Assembly (NCBI GenBank): GCA_963841145.1
Contig: CAWJBO010000005.1
Coordinates: forward strand, 213-64,212
Length of the DNA: 64,000 nt
Origin: an uncultured Gammaproteobacteria bacterium
GTDB lineage: Bacteria; Pseudomonadota; Gammaproteobacteria; Steroidobacterales; Woeseiaceae
Reading direction: 5' to 3'
In this document: one piece after another, positions 11,902 to 22,352 of the stretch
Position numbering within the stretch: the stretch's first letter is position 1
Layout: each line of letters starts with the position of its first letter
Position numbers and translations under genes: made by a program
Notes under the pieces: model-generated
Told to the model about the DNA's origin: nothing
Databases searched by the model: none
The model's input: the letters and a program-made list of their open reading frames with translations, nothing else

Positions 11902-12369
11902 CTAGATGAGCACACCTCGCTGATACATTACGCGGCTGTAAACAACGAGTGCGATCGAGACCACGATAATGATCCCCGTGAACATCATGGAAAACGGATC
12001 GCCCATCACCTCAAGGCCATTGGACAAGACAAAATTCTGAAATGAAGTAATTGCCATCCCGATCAGCGAAGCGACAAACGCGCCCAGGGCATGGCGTCGT
12101 CGCAGCAGCAACAGAATGGATCCAAGCACGCCTCCCCATACGGCGAATGCCCACGAGGCAACAGCCCACGCAGGAATGCCGTAGAAAAACTCGAGCTGCT
12201 CAGGCGTGAACGCGCTCATGTATTCCTCATTGCGAGTCTGCGTCATGAGATAGTCCATCGCCCCGACGGCAGCCCACAACAATGATACGACCCCGACCAC
12301 CCAAAGATGCCAGGGTGCTGCCTGCCTGATGTTTTCATTTGCATCGGACATATTTTCCTCCTTCGTCAC
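11902..12369 (-). CDS. hypothetical integral membrane protein (about 4 TM helices)
   Basis: 155-aa ORF with four hydrophobic stretches (WHLWVVGVVSLLWAAVGA, AWAVASWAFAVWGGVLGSILLLL, ALGAFVASLIGMAITSF, FTGIIIVVSIALVVY). No family recognised. Confidence 0.65.
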   Translation of the reverse strand: MTKEENMSDANENIRQAAPWHLWVVGVVSLLWAAVGAMDYLMTQTRNEEYMSAFTPEQLEFFYGIPAWAVASWAFAVWGGVLGSILLLLRRRHALGAFVASLIGMAITSFQNFVLSNGLEVMGDPFSMMFTGIIIVVSIALVVYSRVMYQRGVLI

Positions 12370-12834
12370 AAGACGATACGGTCGCTATGGCGCCGTTTTT
12401 CTTTTTAAATAACTTCGTTTTTATGTATATTTTTCAATATTTTAATTTTGTAATATAAAGTTTTTTATAGAATAGAGATTGGCGCCGCATGCGTGCGCCA
12501 GATCCAGTATTCACCGGTGGGAGCGATAACACAAATAGGGCCCTGGCCATTGGTGGTCACTTATGAAACGTGGCTTTCTGATTACGTGACCAAGGCCCCT
12601 GGTTGCCTTGATGGCTGCAAGCGCCCGTATGTATGGCTTATGCCGTGGCGCAATCTATGCGGGCAGGACAAGTTAGATGGGCCTATTACACGAGCCAGTC
12701 TTTTCCGGCACCCTTGTGCACGAACGGATCACGATCGAATCAGCGGGATCACAGGTGACTTGATGACGGTATTGATACCAGACGTGCCAGCGGCCTACCT
12801 CAGTCCTGGCAGGACGGATGCCGGGGACCGACCT

Positions 12835-13712
12835 CTAATCGGTAAGCAGCGTCTTGAGGTGCTCTCTAAATCCGGCGCCGGTGTCAGGGTGCTCCAGACC
12901 ATAGGCAACAGTCGCCTGCAGATACCCCAGCTTGCTGCCGCAGTCGTAACGGACACCTTCGAACGCATAGGCGTAGACCGCTGCGTCGTCTGAGCAGGTC
13001 GGCAATACCGTCGGTGAGTTGAATCTCGCCGCCGGCCCCTGTGCCGATACGCTCCAGCTTGTCGAATATCTCCGGACTCAACAGGTATCGCCCGACAACC
13101 GCCGAATTTGACGGCGCGTCGGCAGGGTCCGGCTTTTCGACGATCTGTGGTGATTCGATCCTGATCTTCGTTATCCACCGCGACGATGCCGTAGCTCGAC
13201 GTTGTCTCTCGCGGCACCGTTTCGACCGCGATGACGCTGCCACCGTGACGGTCGTATTCACCGGCCATCTGGGAAAGGCAACCTGGCGTTCCGGCAATCA
13301 GGTCATCCGCAAGGTGGACGAAGAAAGGCTCGTTACCTACGGCCGGGCGGGCGCACAACACCGCATGCCCAAGGCCCAGCGGCTTGCCCTGTCGTATGTA
13401 AATGCAGGAGACACCCGGCGGAACGATCCCCTGGATCAGTGCCAGGAGTTCTTTCTTGCCGGATTCGATCAGCGCCTGCTCAAGCTCCGGATCGGTGTCA
13501 AAATGATCTTCAATTGCGCGCTTCGAGCTACCCGTCACGAAGATCAGCCGGGTCGCACCCGCCTCTATTGCCTCTTCGACCGCGTACTGGATCAGCGGCT
13601 TGTCGACGATTGGCAGCATCTCCTTGGGGCTCGCCTTGGTTGCTGGCAAGAACCGGGTACCCCGTCCTGCGACGGGGAACACGGCTGCTCTAACTCGTTG
13701 GCCCAACTGCAT
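12835..13712 (-). pseudogene. galU: UTP--glucose-1-phosphate uridylyltransferase, interrupted by two frameshifts
   Basis: The N-terminus is in one frame ([43 protein letters not shown]...). The middle is in a second frame ([51 protein letters not shown]). By my own translation the C-terminus is in the third frame ([51 protein letters not shown], stop at 12835-12837). Confidence 0.85.
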
Positions 13713-13850
13713 ACTCCACAAATGCGATTCAGGCTCGGATCATAGCGAAAAGCAAAGGCCCGCGTCATGACGTAGCTCACGGCACTGCGCGCGAAAGAGC
13801 TCGCGTCAACGGGTTGTCGACGCGACTGCAGGTCGCCTGGCGAGTAGAGG

Positions 13851-14126
13851 CTACTTTTTCTTTGGACTGGACACCTGGATATCGGATCGGTTGATTTCCA
13901 CGGTGCGCTCGCCAATACCCTTTACGAGCGAGAGATCGCCCGGACTCTGAAATGGTCCGTGTTTCTTTCGATACTCAACGATCGCGTTCGCTTTGGAAAG
14001 CCCGACGCCCTTCAGCTCGGCCGCAATCGCCTCGGCATCAGCCGTATTGATATTGACAGGGCCTGCGGCGGCGAACCACGGCAATAGCAACCAAACCAGT
14101 GCCAGTGTAAGTCTGCGTGTTTTCAT
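13851..14126 (-). CDS. comEA: ComEA-family helix-hairpin-helix DNA-binding protein
   Basis: 91 aa from ATG 14126, which is preceded by GAGGAG. Has a signal peptide (MKTRRLTLALVWLLLPWFAAAG) and then an HhH motif (NINTADAEAIAAELKGVGLSKANAIVEYRKKHGPFQSPGDLSLVKGIGERT). The 235-aa track ORF is an artefactual 5' extension that runs into lapB. Confidence 0.85.
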   Translation of the reverse strand: MKTRRLTLALVWLLLPWFAAAGPVNINTADAEAIAAELKGVGLSKANAIVEYRKKHGPFQSPGDLSLVKGIGERTVEINRSDIQVSSPKKK

Positions 14127-14241
14127 AACTAAGCTCCTCATCGTGATGACAGTACCGCACGGGTTGCGGCAACGAAGAGCATAGTTTTTGAGAACTGGCT
14201 GCGCCGCGGATAAAAGTCCGCTGTTTGCGCTAAAACGGTAG

Positions 14242-15444
14242 TCAGCGGTTGGTAATACTGTGCTGCAACAACGTGTCGAACTGCACACGCGACGCCGGTC
14301 GTTGTGTTTCCCAATTCCGGCAACTGGGACATTGCCAGAGCAAACGCTGGCTGGAAAAACCACATTCCTGGCACTGGTACCTGGGTGTAGCGCCTGCCAG
14401 TTTGGACAATGCTCGGCGGACTTTTGCCAGGGCCGAATCGTGCGAACCCTTGTCCCCTTCCGACAACTGCTGCAACTCGACAAATTCACCCAGCGTCGGT
14501 TCGTTGAGCATGTATTCCTCAACGCATTGATCGATGACCGGCACACCCCCCAGGTCATTGACGATGGCCGTATACGCGATCAGTGAACTCGACTCCGGGT
14601 TTCTCGCTAACAATGTTGTCAGCGCTTTTTCCAGGTCCTTGATCGCGTCCTCACGCCTGTAGATCGAAACGATCTCCGGCAAGGCCTCTGCAATCAGGTA
14701 AGTATTCTCGTCGATAATACGGTGATAGAGCTTCAGGGCGGTCTTGTTGTCACCCGTGTCCCGAGCGATATGCGCACGCGTCAATGCGCCGCGCATCGTG
14801 CGTGGGCGGCCCGCCTGCGCCTTCTTGACGTACTCACGCGCCGCAGTGAAGTTATTCTCCGCTGCCGCAGACTCGGCCAGCTCACAATAATAGTGCGCTA
14901 TTTGTAGCGCCAGGGATCGCCCACTGAGTACCTCCAGGCGCTGACCGGCATCGACCGCTTTCTCCCAGTCACGCTCCTGCTCGTATATCCGCACCAGGTT
15001 CTCCAGTGCCTGGACCTGGTACCGCGAGCCCTCCGCCAGGCGCGCGAAAATCTTCTCGGCACGATCGAGCAGTCCGGCAGCAAGATAGTCCTTTGCCAGT
15101 GAAAATAGCGCCTGATCACGTTGTTCGGCGGCCAGGTCCGGCCGCGCAATGATGTTCTGGTGAATCCGGATAGCCCGATCCATTTCGCCGCGACGCCGGA
15201 ACAGACTACCCAGCGCAAAGTGGGTTTCAATGGTCTTGTCGTCAACACGCACCATGCGCAGGAAATGCTCCAGCGCCTGGTCGGTTTGCTCGTTCAGAAG
15301 GAAATTCAGACCCTTGAGGTAGTCGATGTTGATCGGTGGCGGAGCGTCTTCTTCGTCGCGTTCCTCAAACCGTCCCATCAGCCAGCCAGCAGCCGCCAGC
15401 AGCAGGAACAGGCCGGCAAGCAGAAAAGCTGATTCAGTCGGCAT
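14242..15444 (-). CDS. lapB: lipopolysaccharide assembly protein LapB (YciM)
   Basis: 400-aa ORF with an N-terminal TM helix, TPR repeats and a C-terminal rubredoxin-like motif (CQECGFSSQRLLWQCPSCRNW). Lies in lapA-lapB synteny after ihfB. Confidence 0.92.
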   Translation of the reverse strand: MPTESAFLLAGLFLLLAAAGWLMGRFEERDEEDAPPPINIDYLKGLNFLLNEQTDQALEHFLRMVRVDDKTIETHFALGSLFRRRGEMDRAIRIHQNIIARPDLAAEQRDQALFSLAKDYLAAGLLDRAEKIFARLAEGSRYQVQALENLVRIYEQERDWEKAVDAGQRLEVLSGRSLALQIAHYYCELAESAAAENNFTAAREYVKKAQAGRPRTMRGALTRAHIARDTGDNKTALKLYHRIIDENTYLIAEALPEIVSIYRREDAIKDLEKALTTLLARNPESSSLIAYTAIVNDLGGVPVIDQCVEEYMLNEPTLGEFVELQQLSEGDKGSHDSALAKVRRALSKLAGATPRYQCQECGFSSQRLLWQCPSCRNWETQRPASRVQFDTLLQHSITNR

Positions 15445-15730
15445 CGTTTAAGGGCAATCCACGCAGACTGGTGACCTCGCTCTCAGACAGACGCAATGAA
15501 CGGCGTAGCACGCGGCGCTCATTGATCAGCTTGATGGCGAAGAACCCCATGCAAAGAATGCCGAACAGCCAGCCGACCGCGAAGCTCACCGTCAGGACCA
15601 ACGGCAAAGGCTTTGTGAATTTGGCAAACGCCAGGTCAATGTCGACGCTGCCGGTATTGATAGCCGTAAACGTGGCCATCAGGATGGCGATGACAATGAT
15701 GAGGACTAGCAGGCTGACGCGCTTCAGCAT
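15434..15730 (-). CDS. lapA: lipopolysaccharide assembly protein LapA (YciS)
   Basis: 98-aa two-TM protein that overlaps the lapB start. The position is conserved. Confidence 0.85.
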   Translation of the reverse strand: MLKRVSLLVLIIVIAILMATFTAINTGSVDIDLAFAKFTKPLPLVLTVSFAVGWLFGILCMGFFAIKLINERRVLRRSLRLSESEVTSLRGLPLNDAD

Positions 15731-15793
15731 GCGCTTACTCCAGGGCTGTCAAGCAAGAAGGGAAACCAAATCGACGCACCTTGATGTGCGCAG

Positions 15794-16096
15794 TCAATTC
15801 TTGATTGGAAAGTGGCGACTGCCGTTAACCCGTTCGCGCAGGTCTTTTCCCGGTTTGAAGTGCGGCACGTATTTGCCGGACAACGCTACGGCCTCGCCCG
15901 TCTTCGGATTGCGTCCGATACGCGGCGGACGATAGTGCAAAGAAAAACTGCCGAAGCCACGAATTTCTATGCGCTGCCCTTGCGCAAGGGAGTCACTCAT
16001 AAGATCGAGCAAATGCTTGACCGCCAGCTCAACGTCTTTGGCTGGCAAGTGCTTTTGCTTGCGGGAGATTGATTCTATCAGTTCAGATTTTGTCAT
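15794..16096 (-). CDS. ihfB: integration host factor subunit beta
   Basis: 100-aa ORF ([27 protein letters not shown]...[24 protein letters not shown]). Confidence 0.95.
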   Translation of the reverse strand: MTKSELIESISRKQKHLPAKDVELAVKHLLDLMSDSLAQGQRIEIRGFGSFSLHYRPPRIGRNPKTGEAVALSGKYVPHFKPGKDLRERVNGSRHFPIKN

Positions 16097-16152
16097 TTTA
16101 CTTGTCGCCGTACCGCCCTGTCAGCGTAACCCACGGATAGTAAAGACAATAA

Positions 16153-16186
16153 TAGCCCGGACCGGGCGGTCCGGGCTACCTTTTTT
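16153..16186. terminator. strong hairpin between rpsA and ihfB (terminator-like on both strands)
   Basis: 10-bp stem tagcccggac/gtccgggcta with a 6-nt loop. There is a T6 run on the plus side and a T-rich tract on the minus side. Confidence 0.5.
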
Positions 16187-16191
16187 ACTTA

Positions 16192-17874
16192 TTATTTGCT
16201 TCCGCCGGACATCTTTTCCTTCAGAAGCTCGCCAAGGGTCGTTCCGACAGGCGCTGCGGCCGAATCAGCCTTGTAACTGCTCATCGCTTCAGCCTCGTCG
16301 TGGACCTCCTTAGCTTTGATCGACAGCGCAATTGCGCGGTTCTTTCGATCGACATTCGTGAACTTGGCCTCGATTTCCTCGCCGACCTTGATCATCGTCC
16401 GGGCATCCTCGACGCGGCCACGAGCCAGTTCGGAAGCCCGCAAGCTGCCAAACACCCCGTCGCCGAGATCGACCGTGGCGCCACGAGCATCCACCTCGGT
16501 GACCGTGCCTTTGACGATCGTGTTCTTCGGATGCGCCGCAAGCCAGTTCGAGAACGGATCTTTTTCGAGCTGCTTGATACCCAGCGATATCCGCTCACGA
16601 TCCGCATCGATTGCCAGCACTGCAGCCTCGATCTCCTGACCTTTCTTGTAATTACGCACGGCCTCTTCGCCCGGGTAATCCCATGAAATGTCCGAAAGGT
16701 GCACCAGTCCGTCGATGCCACCATCCAGGCCAATGAAGATACCGAAATCGGTGATCGACTTGATCTGTCCCGAGACCTTGTCGCCACGATTGAAGGTGAC
16801 TGCAAACTCGGCCCATGGGTTGGACTTGCACTGCTTGACGCCAAGCGAAATACGACGACGTTCCTCGTCGATTTCGATAACCATGACTTCGACTTCCTCA
16901 CCGATCGAGACCACGCGAGAAGGATTCACGTTCTTATTGGTCCAGTCCATCTCGGATACGTGAACCAGGCCTTCGACCCCGTCCTCGATCTCGACGAAGC
17001 AACCGTAGTCAGCAATATTGGTAACCTTGCCGAAAATGCGCGTGTTCTGCGGGTAACGGCGTGCCAGATCTTGCCACGGGTCATCGCCCAGCTGCTTCAT
17101 ACCCAGCGATACACGCTGGCGCTCGCGGTCGAATTTGAGGATCTTGACGTCAATTTCCTGGCCGACTTCAACCACCTCGGACGGATGCTTGACGCGTTTC
17201 CAGGCCATATCGGTAATGTGCAGAAGTCCATCAATGCCACCCAGATCGACAAACGCGCCGTAGTCCGTGAGGTTCTTGACGATACCCTTCGCCATGCTGC
17301 CTTCCTGCAGCTCTTTGAGAAGCGCCTCGCGCTCCGCAGAGAATTCTTTCTCAACAACGGCGCGTCGGGAGACGACAACGTTGTTGCGTTTCTGGTCAAG
17401 CTTGATCACCTTGAACTCGAGACTCTTGCCTTCGAGATACGCGGGGTCACGAACCGGACGAACGTCAACCAGCGATCCCGGCAGGAACGCCCGAACGCTG
17501 TCGATCTCGACGGTAAAGCCACCCTTGACGCGACCATTGATGATGCCTTCCACGACCTCCCCGGCTTCGAACGATTTCTCGAGCTCGATCCAGGTGCGGG
17601 CGCGAATCGCCTTTTCCCGTGACAGTTTGGTCTCACCGAATCCGTCTTCGACGGCATCCAGTGCGACTTCGACCGTATCGCCAACGGATATACCGCCTTC
17701 GATCTTGTCGTTCTTGAACTGCTCCAGGGGAATGACGGCCTCGGACTTGAGGCCTGCGCTGACGAGGACTACATCGTCATTTACGGCGACAACAATACCG
17801 GTGATGATTGAACCCGGCTTTATTTGTTTGCTGGCGAAACTTTCTTCAAATAATTCTGCAAAACTTTCAGTCAT
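16192..17874 (-). CDS. rpsA: 30S ribosomal protein S1
   Basis: Six S1 domains. The start is taken at [12 protein letters not shown] (ATG 17874), matching E. coli MTESFAQLFEES. The track ORF begins 5 codons upstream. Confidence 0.96.
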   Translation of the reverse strand: MTESFAELFEESFASKQIKPGSIITGIVVAVNDDVVLVSAGLKSEAVIPLEQFKNDKIEGGISVGDTVEVALDAVEDGFGETKLSREKAIRARTWIELEKSFEAGEVVEGIINGRVKGGFTVEIDSVRAFLPGSLVDVRPVRDPAYLEGKSLEFKVIKLDQKRNNVVVSRRAVVEKEFSAEREALLKELQEGSMAKGIVKNLTDYGAFVDLGGIDGLLHITDMAWKRVKHPSEVVEVGQEIDVKILKFDRERQRVSLGMKQLGDDPWQDLARRYPQNTRIFGKVTNIADYGCFVEIEDGVEGLVHVSEMDWTNKNVNPSRVVSIGEEVEVMVIEIDEERRRISLGVKQCKSNPWAEFAVTFNRGDKVSGQIKSITDFGIFIGLDGGIDGLVHLSDISWDYPGEEAVRNYKKGQEIEAAVLAIDADRERISLGIKQLEKDPFSNWLAAHPKNTIVKGTVTEVDARGATVDLGDGVFGSLRASELARGRVEDARTMIKVGEEIEAKFTNVDRKNRAIALSIKAKEVHDEAEAMSSYKADSAAAPVGTTLGELLKEKMSGGSK

Positions 17875-18001
17875 GTTAAAAAAATCCAAGGGAACATCAG
17901 GTTCCCACCCAAACGCCTGGTTGCATCCTGCTACCGACGGTCATTAGAAAAAAGGAACGAACATCCTGTCCGATCCCGACCTCAAAATCCTTAAGGAGAT
18001 G

Positions 18002-18679
18002 TTAGAGTTCTGCGACCCAATCAAGGATGGTCTTGGTGACCGCCTCGATGGACTGACCGGAGGAATCCAGAATCCTGGCATCCTCGGCCGGCCTCAGCGG
18101 GGCCACCGATCGCTCGGTATCCCGCCGGTCACGGTCCTCTATGTCCCGTGAAAGGGCGGCAAGGCTAACATCCATCCCCTTGTCTTTCAACTGCTTATGG
18201 CGCCTTCTGGCCCGTTCCTCGGCGCTTGCCGTCAGGTAGATCTTGAGTCGCGCGCCGGCGAACACGTGGGTCCCCATATCCCGGCCATCCGCAACCAGGC
18301 CAGGTGCCTGCTGGAAAGCCCGCTGGCGCTCCAGAAGCGCCGCCCGAACGGCCGGTATCGCCGCTACCGCCGAGGCCCCGGCACCGGTATCCTCGGTTCG
18401 CACCTCGCCCGTTACGTCCTCATCGTCCAGCCAGATTCGCTCGGATCCGTCCCGATGACTGTCAAATCGAACATCCAGCGTGCTGGCCAGTTCCGCCAGG
18501 CGGCTGGCATCATCCAGCGGCACCCCGGACTTTCCGGCAGACAGCGCCACGAGGCGATACAGTGCACCGCTGTCCAGCAGGTGCCAGCCCAGCGCTTTCG
18601 CGACCCGATGCGCAATCGTGCCTTTGCCGGAGCCACTCGGTCCGTCGATGGCAATGACCGGAATGCGCTTGTTCGTCAC
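18002..18679 (-). CDS. cmk: (d)CMP kinase
   Basis: 225-aa ORF with a P-loop (IAIDGPSGSGKGT). Lies in aroA-cmk-rpsA synteny. Confidence 0.95.
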   Translation of the reverse strand: MTNKRIPVIAIDGPSGSGKGTIAHRVAKALGWHLLDSGALYRLVALSAGKSGVPLDDASRLAELASTLDVRFDSHRDGSERIWLDDEDVTGEVRTEDTGAGASAVAAIPAVRAALLERQRAFQQAPGLVADGRDMGTHVFAGARLKIYLTASAEERARRRHKQLKDKGMDVSLAALSRDIEDRDRRDTERSVAPLRPAEDARILDSSGQSIEAVTKTILDWVAEL

Positions 18680-19983
18680 GCGACGCCGCTCTCACTGCGG
18701 ATGTCCGCGCCGATAGCCACCATGCAATCGGCGAAACCCGGGAACGACGTATCGACAGCATCGACGTCATTTACGACAACCGGGTCACTGGCGATCGTCC
18801 CGGCCAAGGCCAGGGACATTGCCACACGGTGATCGCCGAAACTCTCAACGGTGCCGCCTGTGAAACGCCCGCCGTGCACAACCGCACCGTCCGGCGACTC
18901 GTCGACGGTAATCCCCAGTTCGCGCATACCGGCTGCCATTGCCGCGATACGGTCGCTCTCCTTCACGCGAAGCTCACCAATACCGGAGAAAACAGTTTCG
19001 CCTTCAGCTGCCGCGGCGGCGACGAACAGCACTGGAAATTCATCAATCGCCAGCGACACCAGCGCCGGGTCGACCGTGCCTCCCCGCAACCGCGACGACC
19101 GCACGCGAATGTCTGCAACAGGCTCCTCGCCCAGCGTGCGCGAATTCTCGAGCACGATGTCCGCGCCCATCGCCTGCAAAATATCGACGACCCCGGTGCG
19201 TGTCGGGTTGATGCCGACGTTGGTGACAAGGATGTCAGCACGCTCAGACAGAAGTGCGGCCAGGATGACGAAGGCGGCCGACGACAGGTCTGCCGGAACC
19301 TCGATGTGACAGGCCGACAGTTGCTGCCCACCCGCGATCGATATTTGATGTCCGTTCGTGCGTACGTCAGCGCCCATCGTGCGCAGCATACGTTCCGTAT
19401 GATCTCGCGTAATAGCCGGCTCCGTAACACTCGTCGTACCCGTCGCGTAAAGCCCGGCCAGAAGCACAGAAGACTTCACCTGTGCACTCGCGACCGGCAT
19501 GTCGTAGTCAATGCCCTGAAGACCGTTGACGCCAAATACACGAAGCGGCGGTTTGCCGTCGTTGCTTTCGATGCGTGCGCCCATCTGTGCAAGCGGCTTG
19601 ATAATTCGACCCATCGGCCGCCCGCTCAGTGAGTCGTCGCCGGTGAGCACACTATCAAACCCCTGCCCGCTTAACAGGCCCGTCATCAGCCGAATAGCCG
19701 TTCCGGAATTGCCAAGATCGAGCGCGGCTGCCGGCGCCGCGAGCCCGTGCAGACCCACCCCCTGGATCGACATCTGCGTGGCAGCCGACTGCTCGATCAC
19801 CGCGCCCATGGAGCGCATTGCATGCAGCGTGCAGAGGCAATCTTCACCGGCGAGAAAGCCACTTATATCACTACGACCTTGCGCAATGCTGCCCAGCATC
19901 AATGCGCGATGCGAGATGGACTTGTCGCCCGGTACCGTGACGTTGCCGTCGCCAACTCTTGATGGAGTTACGTTGAAATGCAC
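18676..19983 (-). CDS. aroA: 3-phosphoshikimate 1-carboxyvinyltransferase (EPSP synthase)
   Basis: 435-aa ORF with EPSP synthase motifs (LPGDKSISHRALML-like: VPGDKSISHRALMLGS; LGNSGTAIRL). Confidence 0.95.
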   Translation of the reverse strand: MHFNVTPSRVGDGNVTVPGDKSISHRALMLGSIAQGRSDISGFLAGEDCLCTLHAMRSMGAVIEQSAATQMSIQGVGLHGLAAPAAALDLGNSGTAIRLMTGLLSGQGFDSVLTGDDSLSGRPMGRIIKPLAQMGARIESNDGKPPLRVFGVNGLQGIDYDMPVASAQVKSSVLLAGLYATGTTSVTEPAITRDHTERMLRTMGADVRTNGHQISIAGGQQLSACHIEVPADLSSAAFVILAALLSERADILVTNVGINPTRTGVVDILQAMGADIVLENSRTLGEEPVADIRVRSSRLRGGTVDPALVSLAIDEFPVLFVAAAAAEGETVFSGIGELRVKESDRIAAMAAGMRELGITVDESPDGAVVHGGRFTGGTVESFGDHRVAMSLALAGTIASDPVVVNDVDAVDTSFPGFADCMVAIGADIRSESGVA

Positions 19984-19995
19984 GAAGTGAATGTC

Positions 19996-21108
19996 CTAAC
20001 CGATTGCCTTCGGATAGGCACCAAGTACCTTGAATAATGAACTGCGTTCTTCGAGCTGTGCCAGTGCATCGGACACTGGCGCCTCCTCGGCATGGCCTTC
20101 TATATCAATAAAGAAAACGTAGTCCCATTTGCGGCGCCGTGATGGCCGCGACTCGATTCGAGTCATGCTCACACCGTTATCCGAAAGTGGCTGAAGCAGT
20201 TGGTGCAACACGCCTGCCCCGTCCCCTGTGTCACTGGTGGATACCAGCAAGGTGGTTTTGTCCGCGCCGCTCGACGCCAGCAGCTTGCGGCCGACGACCA
20301 GGAAACGCGTCGCATTATCGGGTCGATCTTCAACGTTGTTCACCATGATCTCGAGCTCGTAAACATCGGCTGCGACTTCGGGACCGATCGCGGCGGTGCC
20401 ATCCTCATCGCGGGCGCGCCGAGCGCCTGCGGCGTTACTCGACATGCCGATCAACTCGACGTGCGGCAGGTTCTCGCGAATCCAGCCTCGACATTGCGCC
20501 AACGACTGCTCGTGCGCACAGATGCGGTCGATATTCTCAAGTCCCTTGAACTTGCTCATCAGGTGCTGTTCGATCTTGAGCTCGATCTCGCCCGCGATTT
20601 TCAGCGGCGATGTGAGGAACATGTCCAGCGTGTTATTGACGGACCCTTCGGTCGAGTTTTCGATCGGAACCACACCGAAGTCCGCAGCACCGCTTTCTAC
20701 TTCCTGAAATACTTCGTCAATTGTGTGAAAAGGCAACGCCCGGACCGAATGTCCGAAGTGCTTGTAAACGGCCGTCTGCGTGAAGGTCCCCTCCGGACCG
20801 AGAAAGCCGATCTTCAGCGGCTCCTGCTGTGCAAGACAGGCCGACATGATTTCGCGGAAGAGACGCAGCATCTCCTCATCGCGCATCGGACCCTCGTTCC
20901 GATCCAGCACGGCTCGCAGAACCTCCGCCTCCCGCTCAGGTCGGTAGTAGTCTACCGCCGACGCAAGCTCGCCTTTGGCTACTCCCACCTGCTGGGCAAT
21001 CTTCGCACGATCGTTGATCAGCGACTGAAGCTGCTCATCAATCGAGTTGATGCGGCGCCGAATCTCTGCCAGATCCGGCGTTGACGACTTTTTATCCGAC
21101 CGTGACAT
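19996..21108 (-). CDS. pheA: bifunctional chorismate mutase / prephenate dehydratase
   Basis: 370-aa ORF with an N-terminal chorismate mutase helix (LAEIRRRINSIDEQLQSLINDRAK), a PDT domain and a C-terminal ACT domain (ESRPS motif: IESRPSRRRKWDYVFFID). Confidence 0.95.
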   Translation of the reverse strand: MSRSDKKSSTPDLAEIRRRINSIDEQLQSLINDRAKIAQQVGVAKGELASAVDYYRPEREAEVLRAVLDRNEGPMRDEEMLRLFREIMSACLAQQEPLKIGFLGPEGTFTQTAVYKHFGHSVRALPFHTIDEVFQEVESGAADFGVVPIENSTEGSVNNTLDMFLTSPLKIAGEIELKIEQHLMSKFKGLENIDRICAHEQSLAQCRGWIRENLPHVELIGMSSNAAGARRARDEDGTAAIGPEVAADVYELEIMVNNVEDRPDNATRFLVVGRKLLASSGADKTTLLVSTSDTGDGAGVLHQLLQPLSDNGVSMTRIESRPSRRRKWDYVFFIDIEGHAEEAPVSDALAQLEERSSLFKVLGAYPKAIG

Positions 21109-21169
21109 TTAATCCCTGTTAGCGTCCTGATCCATTAATCCGCGACACTAGAAAACCGTAACGGAATCC

Positions 21170-22348
21170 TCAGGTTACAGGCTTACCGAGATTTCGCAAC
21201 GTCAAAACGCCTTCAATCGCGCCAATCTCTGACAGTAGCTCGGCGGTTGGCTCCTTATTAACGTCAACAATCGTGTAGGCGAAATCACCAACCGACTTGT
21301 TGAGAAGGTCTTCGATATTCAGGCCTGCATTCGCGAGATCGGTCGAGATCTGACCGACCATGTTGGGAACATTGGCGTTCGCAACCGTTATACGCCACGC
21401 GTCGAGCCGTGGCAGGCGCGCCTCCGGGAAATTAACCGAGTGGCGGATATTGCCGTTTTCCAGGTAATCCTTGACGTTCTCGGCGACCATGATCGCGCAA
21501 TTTTCTTCCGCCTCACTCGTCGAGGCACCGAGATGCGGCAATGCAACGACCTTCGGGTGAGCTATCAGTTCCGGCGTCGGAAAATCAGTAACGTAGGCAT
21601 GTAGCTTGCCGCTATCCAATGCCGCCAATGCTGCCGCGTCGTCCACGACACCACCACGCGCGAAGTTAATCAAGACCGCGCCGTCGTTCATCAGTGCCAG
21701 TCGGTCGGCGTTCACCATGTTTCGGGTTGCGTCCATAAGGGGCACATGCACCGTAACGAAGTCTGCGTGCTGAAAGAGCTGGTCCAATGTGTCTTCTTGC
21801 TGGACACCGGATGACAACTGCCACGCGTTTCGAACCGTAATCGAGGGATCAAATCCATCAACTTTCATTCCGAGGTCAAGCGCCGCATTGGCAACCTCCA
21901 CGCCGATCGCTCCCAGGCCGACGACTCCCAGCGCCTTGCCCGGCAATTCGAAGCCCACGAACTGTTTCTTGCCCGCTTCAACGGCTTTGTTCAATGCATC
22001 GCCGGTCTCAGTCAAAGAACTGACGTATTCCCGTGCATTACAAAGGTTGCGAGCGCCGATCAGCATCCCCGCGATCGCGAGCTCTTTTACCGCGTTCGCA
22101 TTCGCGCCCGGCGCGTTGAAAACGGGCACACCGCGGGCGCTCATAGCATCAATCGGAATATTGTTGGTGCCGGCACCGGCTCGGCCAATCGCCGCGACCG
22201 TGTCGGGAATATCCATATCATGCATATTGTGGGATCGTAGAAGAATCGCGTCAGGATGTGCGATTTCCGATGCCACCTCGTAGCGTTCGCGTGGCAGTCG
22301 GCGCAGTCCCTCGACTGCGATGTTATTAAGCGTCAGTACCTTGAACAT
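21170..22348 (-). CDS. serA: D-3-phosphoglycerate dehydrogenase-type 2-hydroxyacid dehydrogenase with C-terminal ACT domain
   Basis: 392-aa ORF with a Rossmann GxGxxG motif (VVGLGAIGVEV), catalytic R/E/H region (NFARGGVVD...HLGAST) and an ACT-like tail. It lies between serC and pheA. The symbol is assigned by similarity and context only. Confidence 0.8.
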   Translation of the reverse strand: MFKVLTLNNIAVEGLRRLPRERYEVASEIAHPDAILLRSHNMHDMDIPDTVAAIGRAGAGTNNIPIDAMSARGVPVFNAPGANANAVKELAIAGMLIGARNLCNAREYVSSLTETGDALNKAVEAGKKQFVGFELPGKALGVVGLGAIGVEVANAALDLGMKVDGFDPSITVRNAWQLSSGVQQEDTLDQLFQHADFVTVHVPLMDATRNMVNADRLALMNDGAVLINFARGGVVDDAAALAALDSGKLHAYVTDFPTPELIAHPKVVALPHLGASTSEAEENCAIMVAENVKDYLENGNIRHSVNFPEARLPRLDAWRITVANANVPNMVGQISTDLANAGLNIEDLLNKSVGDFAYTIVDVNKEPTAELLSEIGAIEGVLTLRNLGKPVT

Positions 22349-22352
22349 GGTG

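Noticed and set aside
12493-12993. 166-aa plus-strand ORF between the membrane protein gene and galU
   Set aside because: It has no recognisable similarity, and its 3' third is antisense to the conserved galU C-terminus. It is likely non-coding.
13851-14558. 235-aa ORF suggesting a much longer ComEA
   Set aside because: The N-terminal 144 codons overlap the 3' end of lapB in another frame and have an odd Cys/Arg-rich composition. An SD plus a signal peptide begin at ATG 14126.
17878-17906. Hairpin gggaac-N5-gttccc plus T7 (minus strand) read as a cmk terminator
   Set aside because: Its T-run ends only 4 nt before the rpsA start codon, so it is at least as likely to be part of the structured rpsA leader. 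I did not call it as a terminator.
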